Below, one piece after another: positions 13,343-28,053 of a stretch of 64,000 bases of DNA. The stretch lies in the NCBI RefSeq assembly GCF_006345805.1, contig NC_043002.1, positions 23,436,001 through 23,500,000 of the forward strand, given 5' to 3'. How positions within the stretch are numbered: position 1 is the first letter of the stretch; each line of letters begins with the position of its first letter. The translations under genes and the position numbers were made by a program. Source of the stretch: Octopus sinensis. Lineage: Eukaryota. The notes below the pieces were generated by a model that saw nothing but the letters and a program-made list of their open reading frames with translations, made no database searches and had not been told where the DNA came from.

Positions 13343-13543
13343 GAAGGCGAACTGGCAGAATCGTTAGCACGCTGGATGAAATGCTTAGCGGTATTTTGCC
13401 CATCGCTACGTTCTCAGTTCAAAATTCCGCCGAGGTCGACTTTGCCTTTCATCCTTTCGGGGTTGATAAAATAAGTACCAGTTGAACACTGGGTCGGTGT
13501 AATCGACTCATCCCCACCTTCCTCAAGCTGCCCTTGTGGTAAA

Positions 13544-13608
<65 letters not shown>

Positions 13609-13766
13609 TAGTAGTAGTAGTAGTAGTTGTTGTATTTCCGTACTACTTCAAGTTCTTCTGGCCCCTAACAGGAGCCCGATTCCTTCAGGCCTGCGAAACT
13701 TGAAGTATATATAAATATATATGTGTCTTTTTATATAATAATATATATTCTATTTTCTTTTGCCAG

Positions 13767-14096
13767 ATAAACGAACAAGGCGAAACAGTGAGAGCCATAG
13801 TCGAAGCATCTGAGTATCCTCTTAGTATCATCGTGGTCGGCGTTGGCGACGGCCCGTGGGATATCATGGAGGAGTTTGACAACTGTTTACCACGTCGGAA
13901 ATTCGACAATTTCCAGTTTGTCGATTACCACGGAACAGTAGGCAAATCCAAACATCCGGAAGCAGTGTTTGCCTTACACGCTCTGATGGAAGTACCCGAC
14001 CAATACAAAACCATCAGGAATTTAGGGTACCTTCAGAAAGAGGATAAGTTCTATGGAATTATGGGTGGAAACTACAAGATAGAATCTAATGTCTGA
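13767..14096 (+). CDS. Copine-family vWA domain protein, coding exon 2 (terminal)
   Basis: Acceptor ttttgccag at 13766, phase 0; INEQGETVRAIVEASEYPLSIIVVGVGDGPW...RKFDNFQFV...ALMEVPDQY; TGA stop. Joined product is 333 aa. Confidence 0.92.
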   Translation: MNEQGETVRAIVEASEYPLSIIVVGVGDGPWDIMEEFDNCLPRRKFDNFQFVDYHGTVGKSKHPEAVFALHALMEVPDQYKTIRNLGYLQKEDKFYGIMGGNYKIESNV

Positions 14097-14559
14097 AGGA
14101 CAAATATGACGAATCTACACTTCTGTCCAAAAGCTATTACAAACATACATACCGCACAACCTACCCAACTATCTCTGTCTTTTTTCCTCTCTTTCACTCT
14201 CTCTTGCTTTCAGTCCCTCTCTCTATCTCTATCTCTGTCTACCTACCTATCTATCTATCTTTCTATCTATCTTGTGCTCTATATCTTTTTCTCATTCCTC
14301 GTTCCTCTTTGCTCTTAATTCTCTTGCGACTTATTGGGACATTCAAAAAGTCATGGCTGATTTTTCCTAATACATATATGAAATTTATATGAAATTATGT
14401 GTGTTTGTATGTATGCAAATACAATTCAGACTCCTATACAGATATATACATACATATTACATAAATATGAAACGTATATATTAATATACATGCATACCTA
14501 TACTAAAATGTATAGAGACAAATGCTTATATATGTGCGTATGCATATGTGAGTATATAA

Positions 14560-14657
14560 ATAATGATAATAACAACAACCACAATAATAATAACAGAAAT
14601 AATAACAATAATAATGACAATGATAATGGTAATAATAATAATAATATAATAATAATA

Positions 14658-14696
<39 letters not shown>

Positions 14697-14735
14697 AAAA
14701 CGATGATAATGGTGATAATAACAACAATAACGGTA

Positions 14736-14798
<63 letters not shown>

Positions 14799-15052
14799 TA
14801 ATAAAAGCAATTGAAACCGAGCTTTCACAACGTCGTTATTCCAAGTTTCGTATTACTGCTTTTCTTTACAGCTAATAAAAAATTTAGTCGTGCTGCAAAG
14901 CAATGGGCGTGAAACTTGGAGTGGCATCACGGTTAAATCACAGTTTTAGCTGCTTTGATTATAATTATTATTATTATTATTATTATATTATTATTATTAT
15001 TATATTATTATTATTATCATTATTATTATCATCATTATTATTATTATTATTA

Positions 15053-15090
<38 letters not shown>

Positions 15091-15267
15091 TATTTATTAT
15101 TACTTCACAGTTTAAATTACTATTGTTGTCTTGTTCTTAATTCTACTTTTATATGTTGAATACCTTTTCATAATATTTCTATGTATAGAAACATAACTGT
15201 TCATACATGTGTGTGTATGTGTGTGAGAGTGTGTGTGTACGTATATATGTATGTAAGTATATATATA

Positions 15268-15313
<46 letters not shown>

Positions 15314-15490
15314 TATATATAGATATATATATATGCATCTGTATATGCTTATACATGTACGTATATATAGATGTACACACATATATACATATGTGTGAAT
15401 ATAAATATATAGCGTATGTATACATATAAATACACAAAATATATACATATGTATGTATAAAAATACATGTATATACATATATGTATATAT

Positions 15491-15545
<55 letters not shown>
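14560..15545. repeat. (AAT)n/(ATT)n and (TA)n microsatellite field
   Basis: Read directly. Confidence 0.9.
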
Positions 15546-15551
<6 letters not shown>

Positions 15552-15770
15552 GCTGCAAAATTATCACTGAACTGTTACTCAGAGTTTTCACGTTCGTCGG
15601 ACAGTTGTGATGAATGCTATTTATCTCAACTGTCCAACAAACGGAAACGTGAAACTCTGAGTAAGAGTAGTGTGATAATTTTGCAGCTTTAATAAAAAGT
15701 ATATTATTCTATTACTCTATCTTAAGTATTCGAGTACTATTTTTCCCACCTTATTTTGCACCTGTGTGAA
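15546..15770. mobile_element. Inverted-repeat element with two hammerhead-like motifs (Penelope pLTR-like)
   Basis: Arms about 15546-15607 and 15627-15693. The - strand reads aactgt-CCGACGA-acgt-GAAAA-CTCTGA-GTA-acagtt; the + strand reads aactgt-CCAACAA-acg(gaaa)cgt-GAAAC-TCTGA-GTA. The tail is shared with 51262-51371. Confidence 0.7.
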
Positions 15771-15895
15771 TATATATATGAATATGTATATGTAGAAAAA
15801 AATATATATATTTTCATATATATATATATGTGTGTGTGTGTGGTGTGTGTGTGTGTGTGAGTGTGTGTATACGTATGTATATGCATACAGAAATT

Positions 15896-15966
<71 letters not shown>

Positions 15967-16188
15967 TGTTGTTATTATTATTGTTATTATTGTTATTATT
16001 ATTGTTGTTGTTGTACATTCCAAGTGGTTTCACGAATATGGTTGAGAGTACTCACTTTTTGTATAAAGATTATACACACACACATACAAATGCTCACACA
16101 CATATGCATATATGTATGTGTATATATATATAATATATATATACATATATATATTTGTATATATATATATGTGTATGTGTGTGTGTAT

Positions 16189-16249
<61 letters not shown>

Positions 16250-17369
16250 TTATGAGATTACTATTGGTCCGTAACTTTCTTTTAAATCTCATGCCGGCGA
16301 AGGCAATCGTCAAATGGATAATGACCGAAGTATCCTATTACCAAATTTTAATGAAGACATTTATAACAAGTGCAACAAAAGAGCAAAAACAATGTTGTTT
16401 AGTGGAGAGTCTATACTATCATCAGCGTTGTCCTCATGACGGACATGCGAATGGAATTATGGGTAGATGAAGGTGATGTTTGTACAAAGTGAACATTGCC
16501 ATTCTCAGTCATTCCTCGACAATACACTCTTCTGTGGTTCAATATACATCTTGCTCTTTGATATATACCGGTCTCAGGCCTTTCTCTTCCCAGTTTTCTC
16601 TCATTATATCCATATTGTAAAAATTTTAAATTTAACATGGAGAAAATGAATTTAAAGACAGAGAACATGGAAAATTTTGTTTTTCTAAGTCACTGTTAAA
16701 TATACAAACAAACAAATCAGGAATATTTCGAAGGTAATTTGAATTGCCGCGCCATTTATATTAAAACATCCAAAAGCAGAGAGGAAGTTGTATGGAATTG
16801 TGGAACAGATATTACAAAAATTATGATTCAGAGGCGGCAAAGATGGCGGGTCTAAATTGCTGCCTCCTATTTTCCGATTTTCTCTCTTGGTTCAACCAGA
16901 GTTTAAACAAGAAGTCATGGCTGATTTTTTTTTTTTAATGTAACATTTGTTTTAAAAATGAAACCAAAAAATGTTTTTAGGGGTGAAACAGTTTATAATA
17001 TCGTCAATTTTATTTTTCTAATAAACAATTTTTTCCTTGGTGAAAAATATCAATGATTTTTCCCTTACATACTGTTACTAAATATTATCCTGTATATAGG
17101 CATGTTTGCAACAATGTACATATGTATTGGTGTATATGTATCAACGTATGTAAGGATATATATTATATATATATATATAATAATATAATTCTGCTTCTTT
17201 ATACGCGTGTGCATGTAATTTCTTGCATTTTTACACACGTTCGAGTGTATGTGATCGATATATGCGTGTATTTATATGTGTGTGTATAGTTAAATTTTAA
17301 AATCTATACATGCGCTGTGATAAGCTAATAATAATATCATTTTAATAACTTATATGCGATTGTGTCCAT

Positions 17370-19815
<2,446 letters not shown>

Positions 19816-20644
19816 CTGACATTGTTCAAAATTAATTTTCAGCAATTTTTCTAATGAAACTTATTAATATTTTTCCAATCTTGTATATTCGAGAAATTTA
19901 GGTTTTCTTGGCATTGCTTTTCCTTTTCTTTACTATTTGTTGAACTGCGGAATTGTGTCGCCATTGCTGGTGCTTAAACAAAATGTAACTGACACAGTCA
20001 CACGAAGAATTATCGAGCCAGCCAGGGAGTCACTGCTTGATCTGTCTCAAAACACATCCTATATCTTAAGAAAAAAAATTTTAGATGGCAAAATGTATTC
20101 CGAGGTACCGAGGTACACTATATCAATAACTGAACTTTTTAAATTTTTTGTAGTCTTGGGTTGAATATATCGATGATGGATTTACTCAACTAATGTCAAG
20201 ATGGGGCTCAACAATTGTTTAATTATTGCTCACAATCATGCGTGTATGAGTGTGTGCATATGTACATATATGTAACAGAGGGTGTATGTACGTGTGTGTG
20301 TTTAATGGATATGTATCAGGTTCTCTTCTACCCGAAAGAATAAACATTCCTTAGGTGAACGCCAAAAATTCAATTCAATTCTTCATAAGCTTTATATGCA
20401 CGTTTATATATAAATATATATACATACATGCATACATGCATACATAAGTACGCTACATACATACATTACATACAATACATGCCATGTACATACATAATAC
20501 GTACATAATATGTACATACATACATACAACATACCTAAATACATACATACATGTACATACATACATTCATACGTACATACATACATACATACATACATAC
20601 ATACTATACATATTTATATATGTTTATGTATATTTATTTTTTTA

Positions 20645-20757
20645 TATACGAGAATGTTGTTAACAGTGACTTCAAAGTTTCGGCTAGCTAAACCATTGTC
20701 GGACGATGGGTTAGCTGACCAAAATTTCGAAGTCACTATCAACATGATTCTTGTATA
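20645..20757. mobile_element. Imperfect palindrome of two head-to-head hammerhead-like motifs
   Basis: - strand gt-CCGACAA-tggt..gcc-GAAAC-TTTGAA-GTC-ac; + strand gt-CGGACGA-tggg..acc-AAAAT-TTCGAA-GTC-ac. The same GAAACTTTGAAGTCAC occurs at about 54643-54660. Confidence 0.55.
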
Positions 20758-20837
20758 AGGGGAAGAAATTTACGGAGATGTACTCGCATAGCAAGTGATT
20801 TGATCTGAGATCGTGTGCTGAAACGAAAACAATTGCA

Positions 20838-21040
20838 GCGTGGAAGGTGTTTGTAAGCCATTTAAGAAACACAAAAGCCGTTCGATTCACTTCAACATTT
20901 AAGTGCTGCACGGATTTTTGTCAGTGAACAGGTCGCGGTCTTAAAGCGACGAAAATATTTTGACAAATTAAACTTAAATGTTGAAGTGAATCGAACGGCT
21001 TTTGTGTGTTTCTTAAATGGCTCACAAACACCTTCCACGC
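20838..21040. repeat. Inverted repeat (about 67-bp arms), MITE-like
   Basis: gcgtggaaggtgtttgtaagcc...aacatttaagt (20838-20904) versus acttaaatgtt...caaacaccttccacgc (20972-21040). Confidence 0.85.
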
Positions 21041-22232
21041 GGGAATAAATTTGTACTTTCCAAAACTATGCAGCGAGTTTGCGGGCAAACTGCTTAGCGG
21101 TATTTCATCCGTCTGCACGTTCCGAGTTCAAATTCCGCCGAGGTTGACTTTACCTTTCATCATTTCAGGGTCGATAAAATAAGTACCAGTTGAGTACTGG
21201 GGTTGATGTAATCGACTATACCCCTCCCCCACAATTCATAGTCGAGCGGATTATAACTGAACATAAAAACAAACATTAATATAAATCATTATACGCATGT
21301 ATGTATATAGGTATATATATATATATTAATTTGCATATGTTAAATTATATATTTTTATGTAGGTATGTGTGTGTGTGCGTATATATAATATATATATATA
21401 TATATATGTACGTGTATATGTATGCATGTATGCATGTATATGACAATGTCTTTCACCCTCAACTGTGGCCTTTTCTATGACTTGCCCCGCAACTGTATTT
21501 CCTCTTTTATGTGCCTGGTACTTTTATGTCCGCTTTTGTGTCTATGCGTGTGTAATTGTAAACTGAATCATGGTATGTTGTATATATATTTACGGCAGTA
21601 ATGCGTCTATGTGTGCACGAGAGTGATTTGTTCTCCATTACGTTACACATACACGTGCACTCAAACAAACATAAACACATACACACACATACATATAAAT
21701 GTGCTTGAGCGTGCGTATGTATGTGAAGACGTCCGATTAGCAAACTTGTTCAAGTGTCAGGAAAATGTCCAGCCATTATTTTTCTCTCTTTTGTCGTTTT
21801 TGCGCTTCGCGTTCAAATTCTGCTGAGGTCGATTTTGCCTTTTATCCATCATGGTTCGATAAATAAAGTACCAGTCAAAATTTTACTCTCTATATTTCTC
21901 TGTCTCTTTCCCTATCTATCTCTATCTCTCTCTTCCCGTCTCTCTCTCTTTCCTCACCTCTTTCTCTCTTTATCCTCACCTCTCTCTCTATCTATCTATC
22001 TATCTATCTATTATCTATCTGTCTATCTCTCTGAGAATGTGTCACAGTGTGACATGAGAAAGTCGTAGCGAACCACTAATTGTATTTATTTTACTCTAAG
22101 AAGTGGAGGAGGCGAAGCCAGAGGTTAAGAACCTCTCCCGTTTAACATGCAACAAAGATCATCCAAAGAAAGCAGAAACGATGGGAATGGACAGACCGAT
22201 GCAATTTGCGGTTCAAAATGGTTTAAAATATA

Positions 22233-23419
22233 TAAGAGTTGGACAAAATATCAAAAACATCGCCTTTTATTTAACTATCTTTTTGTTGACAATATGACAA
22301 ATTCAAAACTGTTCTGGTCTTCGTGTGTGTTCATATGCATTATGCATGCCTAGTACTTCGTGATATAGCCCTTTGTTGCTCTTTTCTTTTTACAGATATT
22401 TATACTTAAGTTAAAATGTATGACATCTGATTTCCGAAGAAAAGACAAGTTGCTGGAGCTTCAGCTACTAAAACTGCTGAATTGTTTAATGTTTTGAGAA
22501 TTATAGGCTCTAGTATCATGCTGACATTCTAAAACCAGGTTGAAACCAACTCTGGCAAGCGTAATTCTGGATGGAAGGCAAAGCTCGCAGAGAGGAACTG
22601 CTGAAGAGTAAAATATGTTGTGTCTTAAAGCCATCGAACCACTGTACATTGCCCACCCTTCGTCAACCAAAATCCTTCGTCGTGAGCTTCATAAAGTTGG
22701 ATACTGTGGAGGAGCTGCAATTGCTAAACCTCTCCTATTCCCATCAACATTGATGAGCAGGGGAAAATGGTTTCTAGATAATCAGAAGTGGTCAATGGTT
22801 TAATGGAACAACGTCATCTTTGCAAATAGGTCGTCATTTTTCCCTTTTTCCTACTTCGGAGCGATTTTATGTTTGAAGACTACCCAGAGAAACCTTTAAT
22901 GATTCGGGCAGCCAGATCACGGAATTCTCATGGCTCTCAAGTTTGTCTTTCGCTTTTTTTTTACATGGCAAAGTTAACGCCAAATATTATAAGAGTAATT
23001 TAACTGATTGTGTCCATCCTATGGTAAAAACATTGCTCCCTAATTGTAGTACAATCTTCCAGGACGATAATGCATCGATTCACACGCAAATGCTATTCAT
23101 AACTGGTACGAAGATCACACAATGAAATAAACCATTTGTATTATTAACCTCCACGATCACTGGATTTCAGTATAATCGAACATTTATGGTGCCTTTTGGA
23201 GTAGAAACTGAAGAGCCGTTTCCATCCAGCATCATCACAGAAAGAGCTAAAGCAGATTTTACTTGAAAAAAGGCTCAAAATTTCCCTAAAACCGTTCAGA
23301 ACCTGTGCGAGTCAATTCATCGACGTATTAAAGCAGTGGTTGGTGCCAAAGTTGAACTAACACATATTAAATAAAACTTCCTCCTCACAAGGTGTTTCCA
23401 TTATTTTGTCCAACCCCTG
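22233..23419 (+). mobile_element. Degenerate Tc1-family DNA transposon
   Basis: Degenerate TIRs (taagagttggacaaaata... / ...tattttgtccaacccctg) and transposase remnants LRRELHKVGYCGGAAIAKPLL and VHPMVKTLLP...IFQDDNASIH. Confidence 0.8.
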
Positions 23420-23548
23420 CATGCAGACATACGTTTGAATGTGTGTGTGTATGCATGCATATATGTATGTATGTACGATTGTATATATACATACATATAT
23501 ACAAAATTTACTATACAAGAGGATGGAAGGAATAGGCTTTAATCCAAA

Positions 23549-23677
23549 TCACAACAATTGTTTCTGTGCATTAACAACAGCTGTTAGTTGCTGAGTGTTT
23601 CACATATACATGTGTTTATATAGATTTTATATAAATACAGTGCAACAATATATTTGTACTTGCACGTCATCAGGTGA
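23549..23677 (-). ncRNA. Type I hammerhead-like motif with a long (about 90 nt) stem II loop
   Basis: tcac-CTGATGA-cgtgca-[90 nt]-tgcaca-GAAAC-AATT-GTT-gtga; palindromic ACAATTGT stem III. Confidence 0.5.
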
Positions 23678-24365
23678 GTGGCTTTGAGAGTACTGATGGA
23701 TCGCCTATAGTTTTCAATTGTTTTATACCCATGTTCTATTTTTTAGCATTCCCTTGATAAAGAGCAACACATAGATTCATAAAAAATGCCAAATAGATTT
23801 ATGGAAATACAAATCAAAACTATTATTTCTAAAATGGACAGAAGAAAATTAATCAACAGAAATAAGAAATCAAAATTATAAAATATAAATTAACAAAACC
23901 TCTTATTCAGTCCTTTCTTTAGTATAGGTATGTCTCTCCTTTAATGAAGATAGATTACCATTCTAAGAAAGTAATGTTGCCAAAATATAAACTAGAAGAA
24001 TTCCTTACCCCCTTTGTCTGTATGCATTTTTCTTCAAATGATGTAAGGTCGACTTATTACTCAAATTTGATACCACCTTGTCTTCTGATTTGCTTGTAAA
24101 TTTTATTTTAGCTGTCCTTGGTTCCCATCACAGACGTTTAATCAGTCATTAATATTAGACAGGAAGAATTTATTTGTCCATACCCTTCTACATACACATA
24201 TACACACATATGTTCATTCACTTGGTATATACATAGAAAAATTTATATTTAAATATGTATATATTTAAATGTATGTGTGTGTATGTGTATACGCACAAAC
24301 ATTACCACCGATATGCACACATTGTACATAGAGAAAGAGGGGGAGAAGAGAGAGAGAAAGTAGCT

Positions 24366-24428
<63 letters not shown>

Positions 24429-24539
24429 GCTTATACATATATACATACATAAGTGTGAACATACGCACACTTATGACAGATAAGCTGACCAATAAACTGT
24501 CGTCTAAATTACGCAAAAATGAAAATAACACTAACATAG

Positions 24540-24579
24540 TGCATGCGAAAGGCCCCGGGTTCGATCCCCGGCATCTCCA
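24540..24579 (+). pseudogene. 3' half of a tRNA-Ala(TGC)-like gene
   Basis: TGCATGCGAAAGGCCCCGGGTTCGATCCCCGGCATCTCCA has an intact T-arm and 3' acceptor strand followed by a T6 terminator; the 5' half is absent. Confidence 0.75.
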
Positions 24580-25039
24580 GAATATTTTTTAAATGGCGGT
24601 GCCCCAGCATGGCCACAGCTTGTGAGCTGAAACTAGATAAATAAATAAAAAATAGGCGGAGGAGTGGCTGTGTGTTTGCCAACCACATGGTTCCGGGTTC
24701 AGTCCCACTGTGTGGCACCTTGGGCAAGTGTCTTCTAGTATGGCTTCGGGCCGACCAAAGCCTTGTGAGTGGATTTGATAGACGGAAACTGAAAGAAGCC
24801 CGTCGTATATATGTATGTGTGTGTGCGCGCGTGTGTTTGTCCCCCCAACATTACTTGACAACCAATGCTGGTGTGTTTACGTCCACGTAACTTAGCGGTT
24901 CGGCAAAAGAGAACGATAGGATAAGTCCTGGGCTCGATTTGCTCGACTACAAGCGGTGCTTCAGTATGGCCGCAGTCAAACTACTGAAACAAATAAAAGA
25001 ATAAATGAATCTCATTTTAACAGATATTTACCAAAATTA

Positions 25040-25765
25040 CATAATACTAAAGAGTAAATTTATTCAATAAAATCGCCATTGGCTTCAACCACGGCCTCTA
25101 GACGACTTCGGAATCTATTGCAACTCTTCTGGATGGTCTCCTTGTTTAAATTGATGAATGTTACCATAATCATTGCCTTCAGTTCATCTTTGGTGTTACA
25201 AAGAGATTTGTTGATCTCTCGCTCAACTGCACCCTGGGGAGTTAGGTGGACAGATGTTAGAGGTGATGTGGTCGCAGAAATTGTCTAATGGCCATGACTG
25301 GGTTCTCCTGCTTGTGTGGCATGGCGCAGAGTCCTGTTGCCGAACATAGGATCTTCCAGCAACCACACTCTTGACCCAGGGCAGCACTACCTCTTCCAGG
25401 CGCTTGATGTAGGCCTCTGTGTTGAGCCTGAGGCCGTGTGGGAAGAGGAATGGAAGCATAACGTCGCCATCAACAGTGATCACTCCAAACACTATGATGT
25501 TGACTGGATATTTGATTTTTATCAAACTCGGTACATGTCCTCAGATTGCACTGTCCTCAAATTAACACCCAAGCACTCTTAAATGCTCGTATTGGAGCTT
25601 CCGGTGCGAATTCCAAGTAATACAGTATGTCGTTTCCAAATTCCTGGCAGAGCGAATTGCGTCACTGACCCTACTATCCTGTGTAGTAGACAAAATTAAA
25701 AACAAACAATGCGCATGCGCGAAATTAAAAATATGAAATGGTGACAATTTATCGAACGGACCCTG
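25040..25765 (-). mobile_element. Internally deleted Tc1/mariner-superfamily (maT/DD37D-like) transposon remnant
   Basis: ORF 25223-25525 reads VFGVITVDGDVMLPFLF...LNTEAY...QQDSAPCHTSRRTQSW...PPNSP; CAGGGT terminus at 25765. Confidence 0.75.
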
Positions 25766-26218
25766 TGTGGGGGGGCTGTAATTTACTGCTTAAAAGTTTC
25801 ATTTGATGAATGGCAATAATAACCAAGAATAATTATGAATCAAGCGGATCGTTCAGCGGGGCGGAGAGAGACTATCATTTCAAATTCCATGTAACTTCTA
25901 ATTTATGGCAGTTAGACGGAATTTGAAATAGTAATTTTAGACGTGGACAATTCTCTGAATGCACCGTAATTTCCGGAAACTATTAAGTCAATCACCTGGT
26001 GAATCTTTGAGCAGTAAGTTTAATAGTCATCCTATAAACTTTACTAAACAAATGTTATTATTCAACGTCGTATTGAGTGCTTATACTTCTTTCATGTTGA
26101 TTCAGATTATACGTATGCATACACACGCGTCTGTGCATGTACATGTGTGTGTGCGCGCGTACGCGTGTATGTGTGTGTGATGTGGGTGTATGTATGCATG
26201 TATTATGTATGTATTATG

Positions 26219-26455
26219 AAGGTGGCGAACTGGCAGAAACGTTAGCATGCCGGGTGAAATGCTTTGCAGTATTTCGTCTGCCGTTACGTTCTGAGTTCAA
26301 ATTCCGCCGAGGTCGACTTTGCCTTTCATCCTTTCGGGGTCGATAAATTAAGCACCAGTTACGTACTGGGGTCGATGTAATCGACTTAATCCGTTTGTCT
26401 GTCCTTGTTTGTCCTCTCTATGTTTAGCCCCTTGTGGGTAGTAAAGAAATAGGTA
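26219..26455 (+). mobile_element. SINE family A
   Basis: Full head, core and tail match the copies at 9288 and 33873. Confidence 0.85.
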
Positions 26456-27095
26456 TTTAGTTATTCTCTCTTCTATTTTTAATTATTAGAAGCCTTTCTA
26501 AGGAAGGAGCTGATTTCAAACAAAGATACAAAATTCCACCTTTGGAATGTAGATATGAAAAGCTAATTCGCATTTTCACCTTGAAAATTTTCTTGCATAT
26601 TTTTATTGTATGCATGCATATATTTATGAATGGATGCATGCATATATATTTTTATACATGGGGATTTTAACGAAAACGACCAAAGCGAAAAAGGTATGAA
26701 AGCTTGCACAAACACACACACACACACACAAACACGACACGCACACACAAACACACGAATACACACGTAGACACAAATACACACGCTCACACCACACACA
26801 CAGGTACACGATAACACGCTCACATACATTATCGTATATAAATAAATAGCAGGTGTAAATTAGGTGAAAAACACCTTTTGCGAAGCAGGTCAAGGAAAAT
26901 GCCACGGTCATATGGCAAAAGAATTTAACAACATAATTAGTTGATTAATTAATTAATTAGCAATAAAAAGTGAACTTCGGCCAGTGTATGTTTTATTACC
27001 AGAATTATCCTCAAAAAGAAAAAAAATGCGTGCGTATGTGTGTGAATGTTTGTTTGTGTACAAGTGTGCATGCATATTATTATGTATATAGTTTG

Positions 27096-27156
<61 letters not shown>

Positions 27157-27408
27157 CATATATCAAATCATATACGTATATGCATATATATATGCATAAA
27201 GATGCAACAGTGGCTGTGTGGTAAGAAGCTTGCTTCCCAACCACATGGTCCCGGGTTCAGTCCCACTGCGTGGAGCCTTGGGAAAGTGTCTTCTACTATA
27301 GCCTCGGGTCGACCAAAGCCTTGTGAATAGATTTGATAGGCGGAAACTGAAATAAGCCGGTCGTATATATATAATATATATTATATATATATATATATAT
27401 AATATATA

Positions 27409-27456
<48 letters not shown>

Positions 27457-27932
27457 AGTGTGGTGTCTGTGTTTGGCCCCCACCATCGCTTGACAACCGA
27501 TGTTGGTGTGTTTACATCCTCGTGTGTGTGTGTGTTACTTGAGCGTAGGATTAGATGCCTATAATTAAAGGTAAATTATTGACGAGGTGATGATCTATGT
27601 CGTCACGTCACGTGCTAACAATAGCAGCCAGTTCGCCCTCGTATACCACGCTACGGTCATAAAAGAGAAGAGATTGGATAATGTATGTGTAGAAGAGTGT
27701 GAAAGATAAGATGCACACGGCTAAGTCGTCTTTGACCATGAAATATTGAAAGTGGGGCAGAATAACACTAAACAACAACAACAACAACGAGTTTTTATCA
27801 TAGAGAGATACCAGCCATTATAGTCATTGGTCTGCGGCAGAAATGAGCAGCAGACCCTTAGGTTGATTTTCATGAATGCTTGTTATGTATATATGTGTAT
27901 ATATATATATATATATAGTGTATATATATATA

Positions 27933-27994
<62 letters not shown>

Positions 27995-28053
27995 ACACAC
28001 ATATAGAAACATACACACACGCACCACCACGTATATATATATATATATATATA

